From assembly GCA_013203475.1 (NCBI GenBank), contig JABMNV010000015.1:3567-67566 (forward strand): a DNA stretch of 64,000 nt, given 5' to 3'. The position numbers were made by a program, and so were the translations under genes. This document shows positions 15,435 through 24,561 of the stretch, piece after piece (position 1 is the first letter of the stretch; the number at the start of each line of letters is the position of its first letter). This DNA comes from Acidobacteriota bacterium (lineage in GTDB: Bacteria > Acidobacteriota > Vicinamibacteria > Vicinamibacterales > SCN-69-37). The notes under the pieces were generated by a model, which saw only the letters and a list, made by a program, of their open reading frames with translations, made no database searches and was not told the DNA's origin.

Positions 15435-16037
15435 ATGGCGATTCTGAAGGTCTCGCGGCTCGGGCATCCTGTGCTGCGCGAAAAAGCCCATCCGATTGAT
15501 CGAAGGGCCATTACGTCACCCGGCGTTCAACGGCTGATCGACGATATGTTCGACACGATGCGCGAGTACTCAGGGGTAGGCCTGGCGGCCCCGCAGGTGC
15601 ACGAAGGCGTACGACTGTTTGTGGCGGGGCTGCGAGCAGGCGTGATCGGCGAGGAAGTTGGTGAGGGTGGCGAGATGCCGCTGATGGCGCTGGTTAACCC
15701 TGAAATCACGCTCCTCGACGAACCAACCCACGTTGGCTGGGAGGGGTGTTTGAGCATTCCCGACATCCGCGGGCGCGTCCCCCGCGCGACCAAGGTCAGG
15801 GTCAAGGCTCTCGACCGGACGGGCAAACCTCTTCGCTTCACGGCCCACGGGTTTTCCGCGCGCGTCATTCAGCACGAGTACGACCACCTTGACGGTATCC
15901 TGTTCTTCGACCGAATGGGCACACTGGAGTCGCTCACCTATCTCGAGGAATACAATCGCCACTGGGTGCGGGATGACGACGATGACGAGCTGGATGATGA
16001 GTCCGAGGCGGAGCGTGAGACGGGAGAAGACGAGTGA
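15435..16037 (+). CDS. def: Peptide deformylase with acidic C-terminal tail
   Basis: GVGLAAPQV, EGCLSIPD and HEYDHLDG motifs. The tail is DDDDDELDDESEAERETGEDE. TATAAT at 15423-15428 is 6 nt upstream of the ATG. Confidence 0.9.
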   Translation: MAILKVSRLGHPVLREKAHPIDRRAITSPGVQRLIDDMFDTMREYSGVGLAAPQVHEGVRLFVAGLRAGVIGEEVGEGGEMPLMALVNPEITLLDEPTHVGWEGCLSIPDIRGRVPRATKVRVKALDRTGKPLRFTAHGFSARVIQHEYDHLDGILFFDRMGTLESLTYLEEYNRHWVRDDDDDELDDESEAERETGEDE

Positions 16038-17638
16038 ACGGCCACAGTGAGTTTTCTCCCGAGGAGGCCGCAGCGCTACAGCCCTATTTTACGAATGTTG
16101 ATCAACCGGTCTTCGCCCTGACCAACCTGCCCGAGACCGTGAAGGGGGCGTTGTTCGCCCGGTATTCACGGTCGGCGAAGTCTCTGCGCCGATTGTTTCT
16201 CGACGAATTTTTTGAACAGATATCGGCCGTCGGTCCGGAGATCGATCCGGCGAAGAGTGCTGACGTCGGGGCGGGACGGGCTGAGACGCTCTACATGAAG
16301 ATCTTCAACGAGTATGGCGACGATTCGGTGGCCCAGCTCGGCGGAGTGCACCTGGCGTGCGAAGACGTCTCAAACCTGCTCACCAAGGTTCTTGAGCGCG
16401 GGCGGCTGGCAGCCTATCTTGAGCAGTCCACCCGCTACGTGCCCTACACGCAGCGGCGCCACGACATGTGGCGATATCTCGTGCCTGCCGAGCTCGACGG
16501 CCATCCGATCCGCGCCGACTACGTCGCCGCGCTCGACCTGGCGTTTGAGACCTACGCACGGTGGATCGAGCCGATGCGGCAGTGGTTCGAGGCGCGCCAC
16601 CCCAAGGCGTCGGGCGATTCTGATTTCGTCTACAAGTCGGCCATTCGCGCCAAGGCGCTTGACACGTTGCGCGGCCTGCTGCCGGCGGCGACTCGGTCGA
16701 ATGTGGGGATCTACGGCACGGGGCAGGCGTACGAGGCGTTACTGCTGCGAATGCGTGCCCATCCGCTCTTGGAGATGCGCACGTGCGCAGACCTGATGCT
16801 GACGGAGTTGCGGAAGGTGGTTCCCGCATTTTTCACGCGGGTTGATCAACCAGATCGCGGCGGTCGGTGGAGCACCTACTTCGCTGACACACGCCATGCC
16901 GCCGCCGACATGGCCGATCGCGTGACCGCTGGCGAAACGACTGAGAGTCGCCCTGAGGTCGTGCTCTCTGACTTCGATCCGGATGGTGAGATCAAGGTGG
17001 CCGCGGCCGCGCTGTATACCTCTTCGTCCCTGCCTGACGACCAGTTGATGGCGCTGGCGCGGCGGATGAGCGTGCAGGAGCGGGCGGCGATTTTGTCCGC
17101 GTACATCGGCGACCGCAGCAACCGGCGTCACAAACCAGGCCGCGCCTTTGAGCGAACGAGTTATCGGTTTGATGTCCTGACTGACTATGGTGCCTTTCGC
17201 GACCTTCAGCGGCATCTGCTCTGCACGATCGACTGGCAGTCGCTGTCGGTGGCGCACGGATACACGCTGCCTGAGGCGATTGTGGAAGCCGGAGCTGAAG
17301 AAGACTTCCGTCGTGTGATGAGCACCTGCGCGCAGGTGCACGATGGCTTGATTGTCGCGGGCCTGTCGGAGGTGGCACAGTACTCGGTGCCGATGGCGTA
17401 TCGTGTACGTTTTGTCATGGACATGAACGCGCGTGAAGCGATGCACGTGATCGAGCTGCGGACTGCGCCGCAGGGGCACCCCGCGTATCGGCGTGTCTGT
17501 CAGCAGATGCATACCCTGATTGCCGAGCGCGCGGGCCACCAGGCGATCGCGGCCTCGATGAAGTACGCGGATCACTCGGTGGTGGAGTTGGAGCGACTCC
17601 AGGCCGAGCGCCGGCTTGAGGCCAAGCGCCGTGGCTGA
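16034..17638 (+). CDS. Long two-lobed ThyX-like (Thy1 domain) protein
   Basis: 534 aa. FARYSRS..SLRRLF in the N-terminal half; FRDLQRH... and REAMHVIELRTAPQGHPAYRRVCQQM (ThyX C-terminal pattern) in the second half. GTG 16034 overlaps the def stop (GTGA). Confidence 0.65.
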   Translation: MNGHSEFSPEEAAALQPYFTNVDQPVFALTNLPETVKGALFARYSRSAKSLRRLFLDEFFEQISAVGPEIDPAKSADVGAGRAETLYMKIFNEYGDDSVAQLGGVHLACEDVSNLLTKVLERGRLAAYLEQSTRYVPYTQRRHDMWRYLVPAELDGHPIRADYVAALDLAFETYARWIEPMRQWFEARHPKASGDSDFVYKSAIRAKALDTLRGLLPAATRSNVGIYGTGQAYEALLLRMRAHPLLEMRTCADLMLTELRKVVPAFFTRVDQPDRGGRWSTYFADTRHAAADMADRVTAGETTESRPEVVLSDFDPDGEIKVAAAALYTSSSLPDDQLMALARRMSVQERAAILSAYIGDRSNRRHKPGRAFERTSYRFDVLTDYGAFRDLQRHLLCTIDWQSLSVAHGYTLPEAIVEAGAEEDFRRVMSTCAQVHDGLIVAGLSEVAQYSVPMAYRVRFVMDMNAREAMHVIELRTAPQGHPAYRRVCQQMHTLIAERAGHQAIAASMKYADHSVVELERLQAERRLEAKRRG

Positions 17639-17639
17639 G

Positions 17640-18026
17640 GTGTCACACTGGCTGATCCGTCTGCGCCAACAGGTACGGTTTCGTGACTGTGACCCGATGG
17701 GGCATGTCAATAACGCGGTGTACCTGACCTACCTAGAGAACGCTCGGTTCGCGTTGTGGAAGGCGCAGGGAATGCAGGGCGTGATTCTGGCGCGTGCAGA
17801 GGTGGACTACCGGGCGCAGGCCCGATACGGCGACGAACTTGAAACGCGCATCCGCCTTGAGGGCCTGGGTCGATCGAGTTTCCGCTACGAATACGAGGTG
17901 GTCGACGTGGCCACCGACCGCATCGTGATTACTGCCAGAACGGTGCAGGTTCATTTTGACTACGAGAAACAGGAGCCGGTCGAACTGTCAGACGCGGTTC
18001 GCGAGAAACTCCACAGGCTCGTGTGA
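17640..18026 (+). CDS. Acyl-CoA thioesterase, 4HBT/YbgC family
   Basis: VRFRDCDPMGHVNNAVYLTYLE hot-dog-fold signature. GTG 17640 lies 2 nt after the upstream stop; the track start TTG 17616 is an alternative. Confidence 0.72.
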   Translation: MSHWLIRLRQQVRFRDCDPMGHVNNAVYLTYLENARFALWKAQGMQGVILARAEVDYRAQARYGDELETRIRLEGLGRSSFRYEYEVVDVATDRIVITARTVQVHFDYEKQEPVELSDAVREKLHRLV

Positions 18027-18045
18027 ACCACAAGATGTCTCCCCC

Positions 18046-18666
18046 ATGATTCCAGCCATCGACGCACTCAACCAACTTCGAGAAGGTAACCAGCGTTTCG
18101 TCGCCGAAATACGTAGCGACGACAACGTGTCCAGCCATTCCCGCCGACTCGAACTGGCGACCGGCCAGGAGCCTTTCGCGATTATCCTCGGCTGCTCTGA
18201 CTCTCGTGTGCCTGCAGAACTGGTCTTCGACCAGGGGCTGGGCGACCTGTTTGTTATCAGGGTTGCTGGCAATATTGTTGCGCCGTCGCAGGTCGGTAGT
18301 GTGGAGTTTGCGGCCTCGCGGTTTGGCACCCGACTGGTCGTGGTGCTGGGGCACTCAAACTGTGGCGCCATCGAAGCCACGGTCGAAGAGCTCGGGCGGC
18401 CGTCGGCCGACCAGTCGCGCAACCTTCGGTCGATCGTCGACAGGATTCGGCCGTCCGTCGAGCCCCTGCTCGCGACAGAATTGAGACACGACCCGAACGC
18501 CCTGATGTATGAGGCGGGCCGCGCCAATATCCGCGCGTCCGTGAGCCACCTGCGACACGGTTCAGAAATGCTTGAGCAACTGATCGCTGACGGGGGACTG
18601 ATGATTGTTGGCGGGGAGTACTCGCTTGAGACTGGCGTGGTCGATTTCTTCGATGTGCCTGCGTGA
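18046..18666 (+). CDS. Beta-class carbonic anhydrase
   Basis: LREGNQRF, ILGCSDSRVP, FVIRVAGN, VVVLGHSNCGA. The start is taken as ATG 18046 (track ORF 17956). Confidence 0.85.
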   Translation: MIPAIDALNQLREGNQRFVAEIRSDDNVSSHSRRLELATGQEPFAIILGCSDSRVPAELVFDQGLGDLFVIRVAGNIVAPSQVGSVEFAASRFGTRLVVVLGHSNCGAIEATVEELGRPSADQSRNLRSIVDRIRPSVEPLLATELRHDPNALMYEAGRANIRASVSHLRHGSEMLEQLIADGGLMIVGGEYSLETGVVDFFDVPA

Positions 18667-18695
18667 GTTGGATATTTATTCTTTCGGGAAAGGCC

Positions 18696-18724
18696 TTGAC
18701 TCTTTGTGAAAAATTTCACATAAT
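18696..18724 (+). promoter_or_regulatory. Sigma70-type promoter (TTGACT-17 nt-CATAAT) with embedded CRP-type palindrome TGTGAAAAATTTCACA
   Basis: -35 TTGACT at 18696-18701 and -10 CATAAT at 18719-18724, separated by exactly 17 nt. TGTGA-N6-TCACA at 18705-18720 fills the spacer. The region is AT-rich and lies upstream of the LolA-like gene. Confidence 0.55.
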
Positions 18725-18808
18725 GTGTTCATTCGTTCCTGGCCTGACTACTTGTATGAATCCCGCAAGGCTTCCTTTCCCCGGAAGCCACTCGTCAACG
18801 TAAGACCG

Positions 18809-19657
18809 ATGTCTCGCCTTTTTTCTACCTTCCTCATAGCTCTCTTCCTAAATAACTGGGCCGGGAACGAGCTTTTTCTTCAGGGGATGGCGCAGCCTGC
18901 CGGCCGGACGGCTCAGGAACAGGGGGAGTGGGTGGCCCGCCGGGCCCAGGACCGAGAGACCGGCGCTGACGGCCGCTCGTTGCTGCGAATGCGCCTCTTT
19001 GATCGACAGAACCGCGTCCGCGAACGTGCGCTTACCATCCTGAGCCTCAAGGGCGGTGCTGGTCGACCCGTGCCAGGCGATCGGTCTCTGACGCGCTTCA
19101 CGTATCCCAATGACATCAATGGTACCGGGTTCCTCGTCTGGGAAGATCCGGACGGCGACGACGAGCGGTTCCTGTTCTTGCCGGCGCTGGGTCGCGTGCG
19201 TCGGATCGCAGGTAGCGAGACTCAGGACAGCTTCGTTGGCAGTGACTTCACGTACGAAGACATCGGCGGCCGAGAGTTCAACGACTACACCTACACACTC
19301 TTGGATGCCACCAGTGCGTGGACGGCGCCAGGGGGGAGCACCCATCCCGCCTACCGACTAGAGTCGCGAGCGAAGGACGCCAGCGCCAGGTTTCCCCGCG
19401 TGGTTTCGTTGATACGCCAGGACAATTTCGTGGTCGTGCACGCTGAGATTCACAACAAGCGCGATGAGCTGCAGAAGGTGTTTGACGTCAAAAAGCTGGA
19501 CCGCGTTGACGGCATCTGGACTGTGCTTGAGATGGTCATGGCCGACTCGGCTCGGCGCACCAGGACCGAGCTCGTTGTCGAGCAGGCTGAGTACAACGTG
19601 GGGCTCAAGGAGTCCGATTTCAGCCGGCGCGAGCTTGAGCGGGGCTCGGGCCGTTGA
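18809..19657 (+). CDS. LolA-like outer-membrane lipoprotein-sorting family protein (periplasmic carrier-like)
   Basis: Signal-like MSRLFSTFLIALFL. FLVWEDPDGDDERFLFLPALGRVRRIAGSETQDSFVGSDFTYEDIG is typical of the LolA-like family usually found next to COG1033 RND exporters. The start is taken as ATG 18809. Confidence 0.72.
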   Translation: MSRLFSTFLIALFLNNWAGNELFLQGMAQPAGRTAQEQGEWVARRAQDRETGADGRSLLRMRLFDRQNRVRERALTILSLKGGAGRPVPGDRSLTRFTYPNDINGTGFLVWEDPDGDDERFLFLPALGRVRRIAGSETQDSFVGSDFTYEDIGGREFNDYTYTLLDATSAWTAPGGSTHPAYRLESRAKDASARFPRVVSLIRQDNFVVVHAEIHNKRDELQKVFDVKKLDRVDGIWTVLEMVMADSARRTRTELVVEQAEYNVGLKESDFSRRELERGSGR

Positions 19658-21981
19658 GCCTGAGGGTTGCCCAGTTTCTCTACCGTTGGCGCCTGCTCCT
19701 CTCGGCGTTGGCTGTGCTTGGTGCACTCATCCTGGCCCCGCGGGCCCAGATCCAGACTATTGATAACGATCTGACGGCCTGGTTTGCCACCGACGACCCG
19801 ATTTACCAGGACTACAAGCGATTCAGCGACGAATTCGGAGGCACCCGAACGGTGATCGTCGCCATTGAGGCCCCGACCCGCGAACGGCTCCTGAGTGCCG
19901 AGGGATTTGCCTTCCTCGACAAGGTGAGCAGCGATATTGAACGAGTGCAGGCCGTCGAACGCGTGAGCAGCCTGGCCACCGCCACGGTGGTCGACGCTGT
20001 GCCGCCGTCTGGACCTGATGATGCCGGTGGTCTCGACGTCAGGCGCCTGATCGACGACTTGGACACGATGAGTCCCGCCGTCGTGGGCCAGCGGGCGATT
20101 GACGACGAACTGTTCCGGGGCGACCTCATCTCTCCGGACGGCACGGTGACGGCGCTTATTCTTTTCTTCGACGAAGTCCGTATCGATGACGTGCGTGCGG
20201 AAGTGCTCGCGGAAATTCGCAGTCTGGTTGACTCGCAGCTGCCTGAGGGATTCGTTGCGCATTACAACGGCAGCCTCGAGATCTCCGAGTGGTACAACCG
20301 CGTCACGCTTTCGAATCAAACCACCTTCACGCCGCCGATTTTCATCCTGACGCTCGGTGCGCTCTGGTTCATGTTCCGGTCGTGGCGAAAGACGCTTCTC
20401 ACGTTTTTTACCATCCTGGTCAGCTTGTCGTGGACGCTGGGGCTGTACGACCTTCTGGGCTTTAGCTACAACGTGTTGAGCAGCATGATCATCCCTCTCG
20501 TGGTCGTACTCGCAGTCGCCGATGACGTTCACATCCTGCAGCATTACGAAATCGCGCGTCGGCGCTCGTCTCGTGAGCAGGCGTTTGTCACCACGATCCG
20601 CCACTTGATGGCGCCACTGTTTGGGGCCAGCGTGACGACGGCCCTCGGGATGCTGTCGCTGGCGACCAGTCAGGTTGTGGCCGTGCGGGAGTTCGGCATG
20701 GGCGCTGCGGTGGGCGTCATGGTCGATTTTGGTATTTCGCTCGTCCTCGTGCCCACGATGCTCGGCTGGATCAATGAACGGTCCGAACCTGCACCCCAGG
20801 AGACCTGGTTTCTGGAACCGCTCCGCCGCGTCGCCAGGTTTTCCATACGCCACGCGACTTCGGTCATCGTCGTCGCGGCTCTGCTGGCCGTTGTGGCCGG
20901 ATTCGGGATGTTGAGGCTGCGTGTCGATACCAATCACATCAACTTCTTCAGTGAGCAGCACGAGCTCTACAAGTCGGCACAGGTTATCGACAACCAGCTG
21001 GCCGGAATCTATACCTTCCAGGTGTTTCTCGAAGGCGAACCAGAGTCGATGCAGCAGCCAGACATCCTGAAGCGAATGGATCGGCTGAGCAGCGCACTCA
21101 CGGACCTTCCCTTTATCAAGAAGGTGACGTCGGTCGCAGACTATGTCAAACGTGTGCACCGCGAGTTCAATGATGGTGAACCGGCCGCGTATGTCGTTCC
21201 TGATACATCCGCCGAGATCGCACAGGAGTTGCTGGTGTTCGGGCTGGGCGATGCGGGCCGTGCCGAATTGGAGCGGCTGGCGGCGAGCGACTTTTCGCGG
21301 GCACAGGTCACGGTGAAGCTGGCCTCGATGAGCTCGGACCTCGTGTTTGAGCAGGTGGCTGAAGCGGACCGGATTGCCCAGGACATGTTCGCGGGTTCAG
21401 GTATCACGGTGACCGTGACAGGGTCAGGTCGTTTGTTCAGCGTGCTCGATCACTATCTGGTGCGATCACAGATCTCGAGTTTTGCGACCGCCTTTGTCAC
21501 CGTGTTTGCCGTCATTTTTCTTGTGTTCCGCTCGTGGAAATTCGGGGTGTTGTCAATCGCGCCGAACCTGCTTCCAGTGCTGGCCGTGTTTGGCGTTATG
21601 GGCTGGCTCGGCATTTCCCTTAATGTGGCCACCATCATGGTGGCGAGCGTCGCGTTGGGCGTGGTTGATGACGACACGATTCATTTCATCAGTCGGTACC
21701 GGCGAGAGACACGCGACGGCGCGACTACCGGCGAAGCTATCGAAATCGCCACCACGCAGGAGGGCCGGGCGGCACTCACCACGGCCATCGTCAATAGTTG
21801 CGCGTTTGCCGTCCTGACGTTGTCCGAGTATCGGCCGAGCGCCTGGTTCGGGGGACTGCTGGCCCTGACGATGGTGGTGGCGTTTCTGGCGGAAGTCTTC
21901 ATTCTGCCTGCGACAATTGCGCGGTTCCCGAGGTTGTTCGGCGCCGACCGTGTGCACGGGCGTGGGGTGGCCAGAGCGTGA
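19654..21981 (+). CDS. RND-superfamily exporter of the MMPL/HpnN (COG1033) type
   Basis: 775 aa with two 6-TM bundles, each preceded by a large loop; repeated motifs VADDVHI / VVDDDTIHF. TTG 19654 overlaps the upstream stop. Confidence 0.85.
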   Translation: MSLRVAQFLYRWRLLLSALAVLGALILAPRAQIQTIDNDLTAWFATDDPIYQDYKRFSDEFGGTRTVIVAIEAPTRERLLSAEGFAFLDKVSSDIERVQAVERVSSLATATVVDAVPPSGPDDAGGLDVRRLIDDLDTMSPAVVGQRAIDDELFRGDLISPDGTVTALILFFDEVRIDDVRAEVLAEIRSLVDSQLPEGFVAHYNGSLEISEWYNRVTLSNQTTFTPPIFILTLGALWFMFRSWRKTLLTFFTILVSLSWTLGLYDLLGFSYNVLSSMIIPLVVVLAVADDVHILQHYEIARRRSSREQAFVTTIRHLMAPLFGASVTTALGMLSLATSQVVAVREFGMGAAVGVMVDFGISLVLVPTMLGWINERSEPAPQETWFLEPLRRVARFSIRHATSVIVVAALLAVVAGFGMLRLRVDTNHINFFSEQHELYKSAQVIDNQLAGIYTFQVFLEGEPESMQQPDILKRMDRLSSALTDLPFIKKVTSVADYVKRVHREFNDGEPAAYVVPDTSAEIAQELLVFGLGDAGRAELERLAASDFSRAQVTVKLASMSSDLVFEQVAEADRIAQDMFAGSGITVTVTGSGRLFSVLDHYLVRSQISSFATAFVTVFAVIFLVFRSWKFGVLSIAPNLLPVLAVFGVMGWLGISLNVATIMVASVALGVVDDDTIHFISRYRRETRDGATTGEAIEIATTQEGRAALTTAIVNSCAFAVLTLSEYRPSAWFGGLLALTMVVAFLAEVFILPATIARFPRLFGADRVHGRGVARA

Positions 21982-21989
21982 GGAGAGGC

Positions 21990-23294
21990 ATGAAGAGATG
22001 TGCCGTAAGCGGATGGTGGGTGGCGGTGTTGCTGTCGGCCCAGGCGGCATCGGCTCAGACACTTCAGTCACCGGGCAGACCGTCTCACCCGATCACGGTG
22101 CACGGCGCCATATCTGTACTGGCCGACACGTTTCCCGCGCAGAACCGCACCCGTGAGATTCGTACACGCGTACGTCTGGAGGTGACGGCCGAGCCCCGAA
22201 CGTGGATGAGACTTCGCGTGGAAGGTGTCGCGGAAGGGTTGGTGGCCAATCGTGGCTGGGCATCGGGCCTGGCAAGCGCCGCGAACATTCGGTTGCGCGA
22301 GGCGTGGACTGAACTGCACTCCGAGCACGTGGACGTGCGGGTCGGGTTTGGGCGTCTGGTCTGGGGGCGCCTCGACGAGGTCATGCCGTCAGACGTGATC
22401 AACCCGATCGACACCGCGTCATTCTTTCTTGAGGGGCGGTCAGCCGCACGATTGCCGGTGGCGTTCATACGCACGCGCGTCTTCCTGCCGGCAGACACAC
22501 GCCTTGAGTTGGTGGCTGCGTTGCCCGGACACCGCAGCCGGTTCGACCTGCTTGATGAGGCGTCCTCTCCCTTCAATCTCTTGAACGATGCGATCTGGCC
22601 TGCGGGCGTGGCGGTCCGAGGCGGCGTCAGTCGTGAGGAACCGCCAGTGGCGTGGGCGAGCCTGCAGGGCGGCGCGCGTGTGTCGACGACGGTGCGGTTG
22701 GTCGACATGAGTGTCTCGGCGTGGCGCGGCGTTGAAGGATTTGGCCTTGTCAGTTTCGAGACCCAGTTTGAGCCAGGACCCGTGCCGGCCGTGGTGGGCG
22801 AACTCGTCGAGCGGTACCCTCGTTTCACGATGGTGGCCACCGACGCAGAGATGGTTGTTGGACCATGGGCCATTCGCAGTGAAATAGCTGGGTTTGTCGA
22901 CAAGACGCTGAGCGGAGTGCGCGGGCCCGTGGCCGGCAAGGCCTTTGACGCGGGGCTCGGTGTGGACCGAGCGGTGGGGCCCTTCCGCGTGTTCGGATCG
23001 ACCGTCTGGCATCGCGAGTGGGCGCCAGCGGAAAGCTCCCTGACTCGCAGCTACGTGAATGTCATCGGTTCGATTGAGCGCCGGTTCGCGCGCGAACGGC
23101 ATCTCGTGCGGATATTTGGCGTGGCGAACCCGGCGGACGCCTCTGGTTTTGTGCGCGGCGTCTGGTCGTGGAATCTGCGCGACAATGTCTCAGTCGACGG
23201 ATCGGGGGGCCTGTTTCTCGGGTCTGGCAACGACGTGGTCAGCCGTTTTGCTGGCCGGGACTTCGCGTTTCTCAGGGTTGCATATCTTTTTTGA
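21990..23294 (+). CDS. Putative outer-membrane beta-barrel protein (DUF1302-like)
   Basis: AGGAGAGG RBS upstream of ATG 21990. Signal peptide ...LLSAQAASAQ. RLVWGRLDE...DVINP motif and a C-terminal ...LRVAYLF aromatic terminus. The start lies 8 nt after the RND stop. Confidence 0.55.
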   Translation: MKRCAVSGWWVAVLLSAQAASAQTLQSPGRPSHPITVHGAISVLADTFPAQNRTREIRTRVRLEVTAEPRTWMRLRVEGVAEGLVANRGWASGLASAANIRLREAWTELHSEHVDVRVGFGRLVWGRLDEVMPSDVINPIDTASFFLEGRSAARLPVAFIRTRVFLPADTRLELVAALPGHRSRFDLLDEASSPFNLLNDAIWPAGVAVRGGVSREEPPVAWASLQGGARVSTTVRLVDMSVSAWRGVEGFGLVSFETQFEPGPVPAVVGELVERYPRFTMVATDAEMVVGPWAIRSEIAGFVDKTLSGVRGPVAGKAFDAGLGVDRAVGPFRVFGSTVWHREWAPAESSLTRSYVNVIGSIERRFARERHLVRIFGVANPADASGFVRGVWSWNLRDNVSVDGSGGLFLGSGNDVVSRFAGRDFAFLRVAYLF

Positions 23295-23334
23295 GGGAGA
23301 CGGGTGTCGACCTGTGGAAGACTCCTGAGGCACG

Positions 23335-24123
23335 ATGGCGTTTCCTACCAGTCGACACCCGTCTTCCTACTGCCTTGCCGCCGGTAATCCGGGGGCGTGG
23401 ACGGGGCCTGGCAATAACACCTACCTGTTCGATGGCGAGGAGCCGACGCTCCTCGATGCGGGTGTCGGGCATCAGGCCCACGTGGACGCCGTTGCGGCCC
23501 ACCTCAACGGCCGCGCCTTGGTGCGGATCCTTGTCACCCATGGTCATCCAGACCACGCATCGGGTGTCCCAGCGCTTCGTGCGCGCTGGCCGAATCTGAA
23601 GGCTTTCAAATGGCTCGACCAGCCAGGCCCTGGCGTCACGGCCGACAGCTGGTCCCCTCTGGCAGATGGCGAACGTGTTCGTGCTGGCGACATCTGGCTG
23701 ACCACAATCCACACACCAGGGCATGCCGCAGACCACGTGTGTTTTTGGGAGACGGACTCTCGCGAGTTGTACTGCGGGGACATGATGACGGCCACGACGA
23801 CAATTCTGATTCCGCCGGCCTCACGGGGCGGCAGCCTCAAGGCGTACCTCGCGTCTCTGCACCGCCTGGCCGCGCTCCAACCTGACACGTCGTGGCCGGG
23901 TCACGGCCCCGTGATCGACGCACCGGTCCGTCGCATTCAGGAGTACCTGACACACCGTGCGGAACGCGAGCGCGAGGTGCTGGCGTGTCTCGAAGATGGC
24001 GTGACTGGACTCGACGAGATCGTGAGCCGGGTCTATGTCGAGACGCCCCAGAACCTGTGGCCGGCAGCCCGCTTGACGGTCGAGGCACTGTTCGAGAAAC
24101 TCCATGAAGAAGGGCGGCTCTAG
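23335..24123 (+). CDS. MBL-fold metallo-hydrolase (LACTB2-like, with C-terminal winged-helix-like tail)
   Basis: ILVTHGHPDHASG metal motif, HTPGHAADH, and a C-terminal EYLTHRAEREREVL... region. Confidence 0.85.
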   Translation: MAFPTSRHPSSYCLAAGNPGAWTGPGNNTYLFDGEEPTLLDAGVGHQAHVDAVAAHLNGRALVRILVTHGHPDHASGVPALRARWPNLKAFKWLDQPGPGVTADSWSPLADGERVRAGDIWLTTIHTPGHAADHVCFWETDSRELYCGDMMTATTTILIPPASRGGSLKAYLASLHRLAALQPDTSWPGHGPVIDAPVRRIQEYLTHRAEREREVLACLEDGVTGLDEIVSRVYVETPQNLWPAARLTVEALFEKLHEEGRL

Positions 24124-24126
24124 AGA

Positions 24127-24561
24127 ATGACGACGGGCACACTGAAGACGATGCGGCGGATGCTGCTGGGGTTGCTGGCGTTTGGGCTGGCTGGGACGAC
24201 GACCGAGTTGTCGTTGATGGGGCACTACGAAGATTGGCAGCAGATCATTCCCCTCGTCGGAATGGGGCTGTCGTTGCTGGCCTTAGTCTGGTGTGGCGCG
24301 ACGTGGTCAGGCCGTGCCGTCTGGGTCTTGCGCGCGTGCATGCTTCTGCTGATGATCAGTGGCGTGACCGGCACCGTACTGCACTATCGGGCCAATATGG
24401 AATTTCAACTTGAGATGGATGCCTCGATCGCCGGGTGGGCGCTGATGTCCAAAGTACTTCACGCCAAGGCCCCGCCGGCGCTCGCGCCCGGCAACATGGC
24501 GCTGTTGGGACTCCTCGGGCTCATCAGCACTCTTGCCGTGAGGAATAATGAACCATGCTGA
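24127..24561 (+). CDS. Hypothetical integral membrane protein (about 4 TM)
   Basis: 144 aa with four hydrophobic segments. Tightly packed between the MBL and rhodanese genes: a 3-nt gap upstream and a 7-nt overlap downstream. Confidence 0.5.
   Translation: MTTGTLKTMRRMLLGLLAFGLAGTTTELSLMGHYEDWQQIIPLVGMGLSLLALVWCGATWSGRAVWVLRACMLLLMISGVTGTVLHYRANMEFQLEMDASIAGWALMSKVLHAKAPPALAPGNMALLGLLGLISTLAVRNNEPC

Noticed and set aside
19450-21159. Very long antisense ORFs: for example the 569-aa minus-strand ORF opposite the RND exporter, and similarly 57633..58877(-), 27185..28702(-), 25666..26898(+), 16739..17710(-), 38499..39884(-), 22085..22939(-), 55223..56251(-)
   Set aside because: Their products are Arg/Pro/Gly/His-rich, low-complexity and carry no recognisable motif. 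The opposite strand in each case encodes a protein with clear family signatures. Long shadow ORFs are expected in high-GC DNA.
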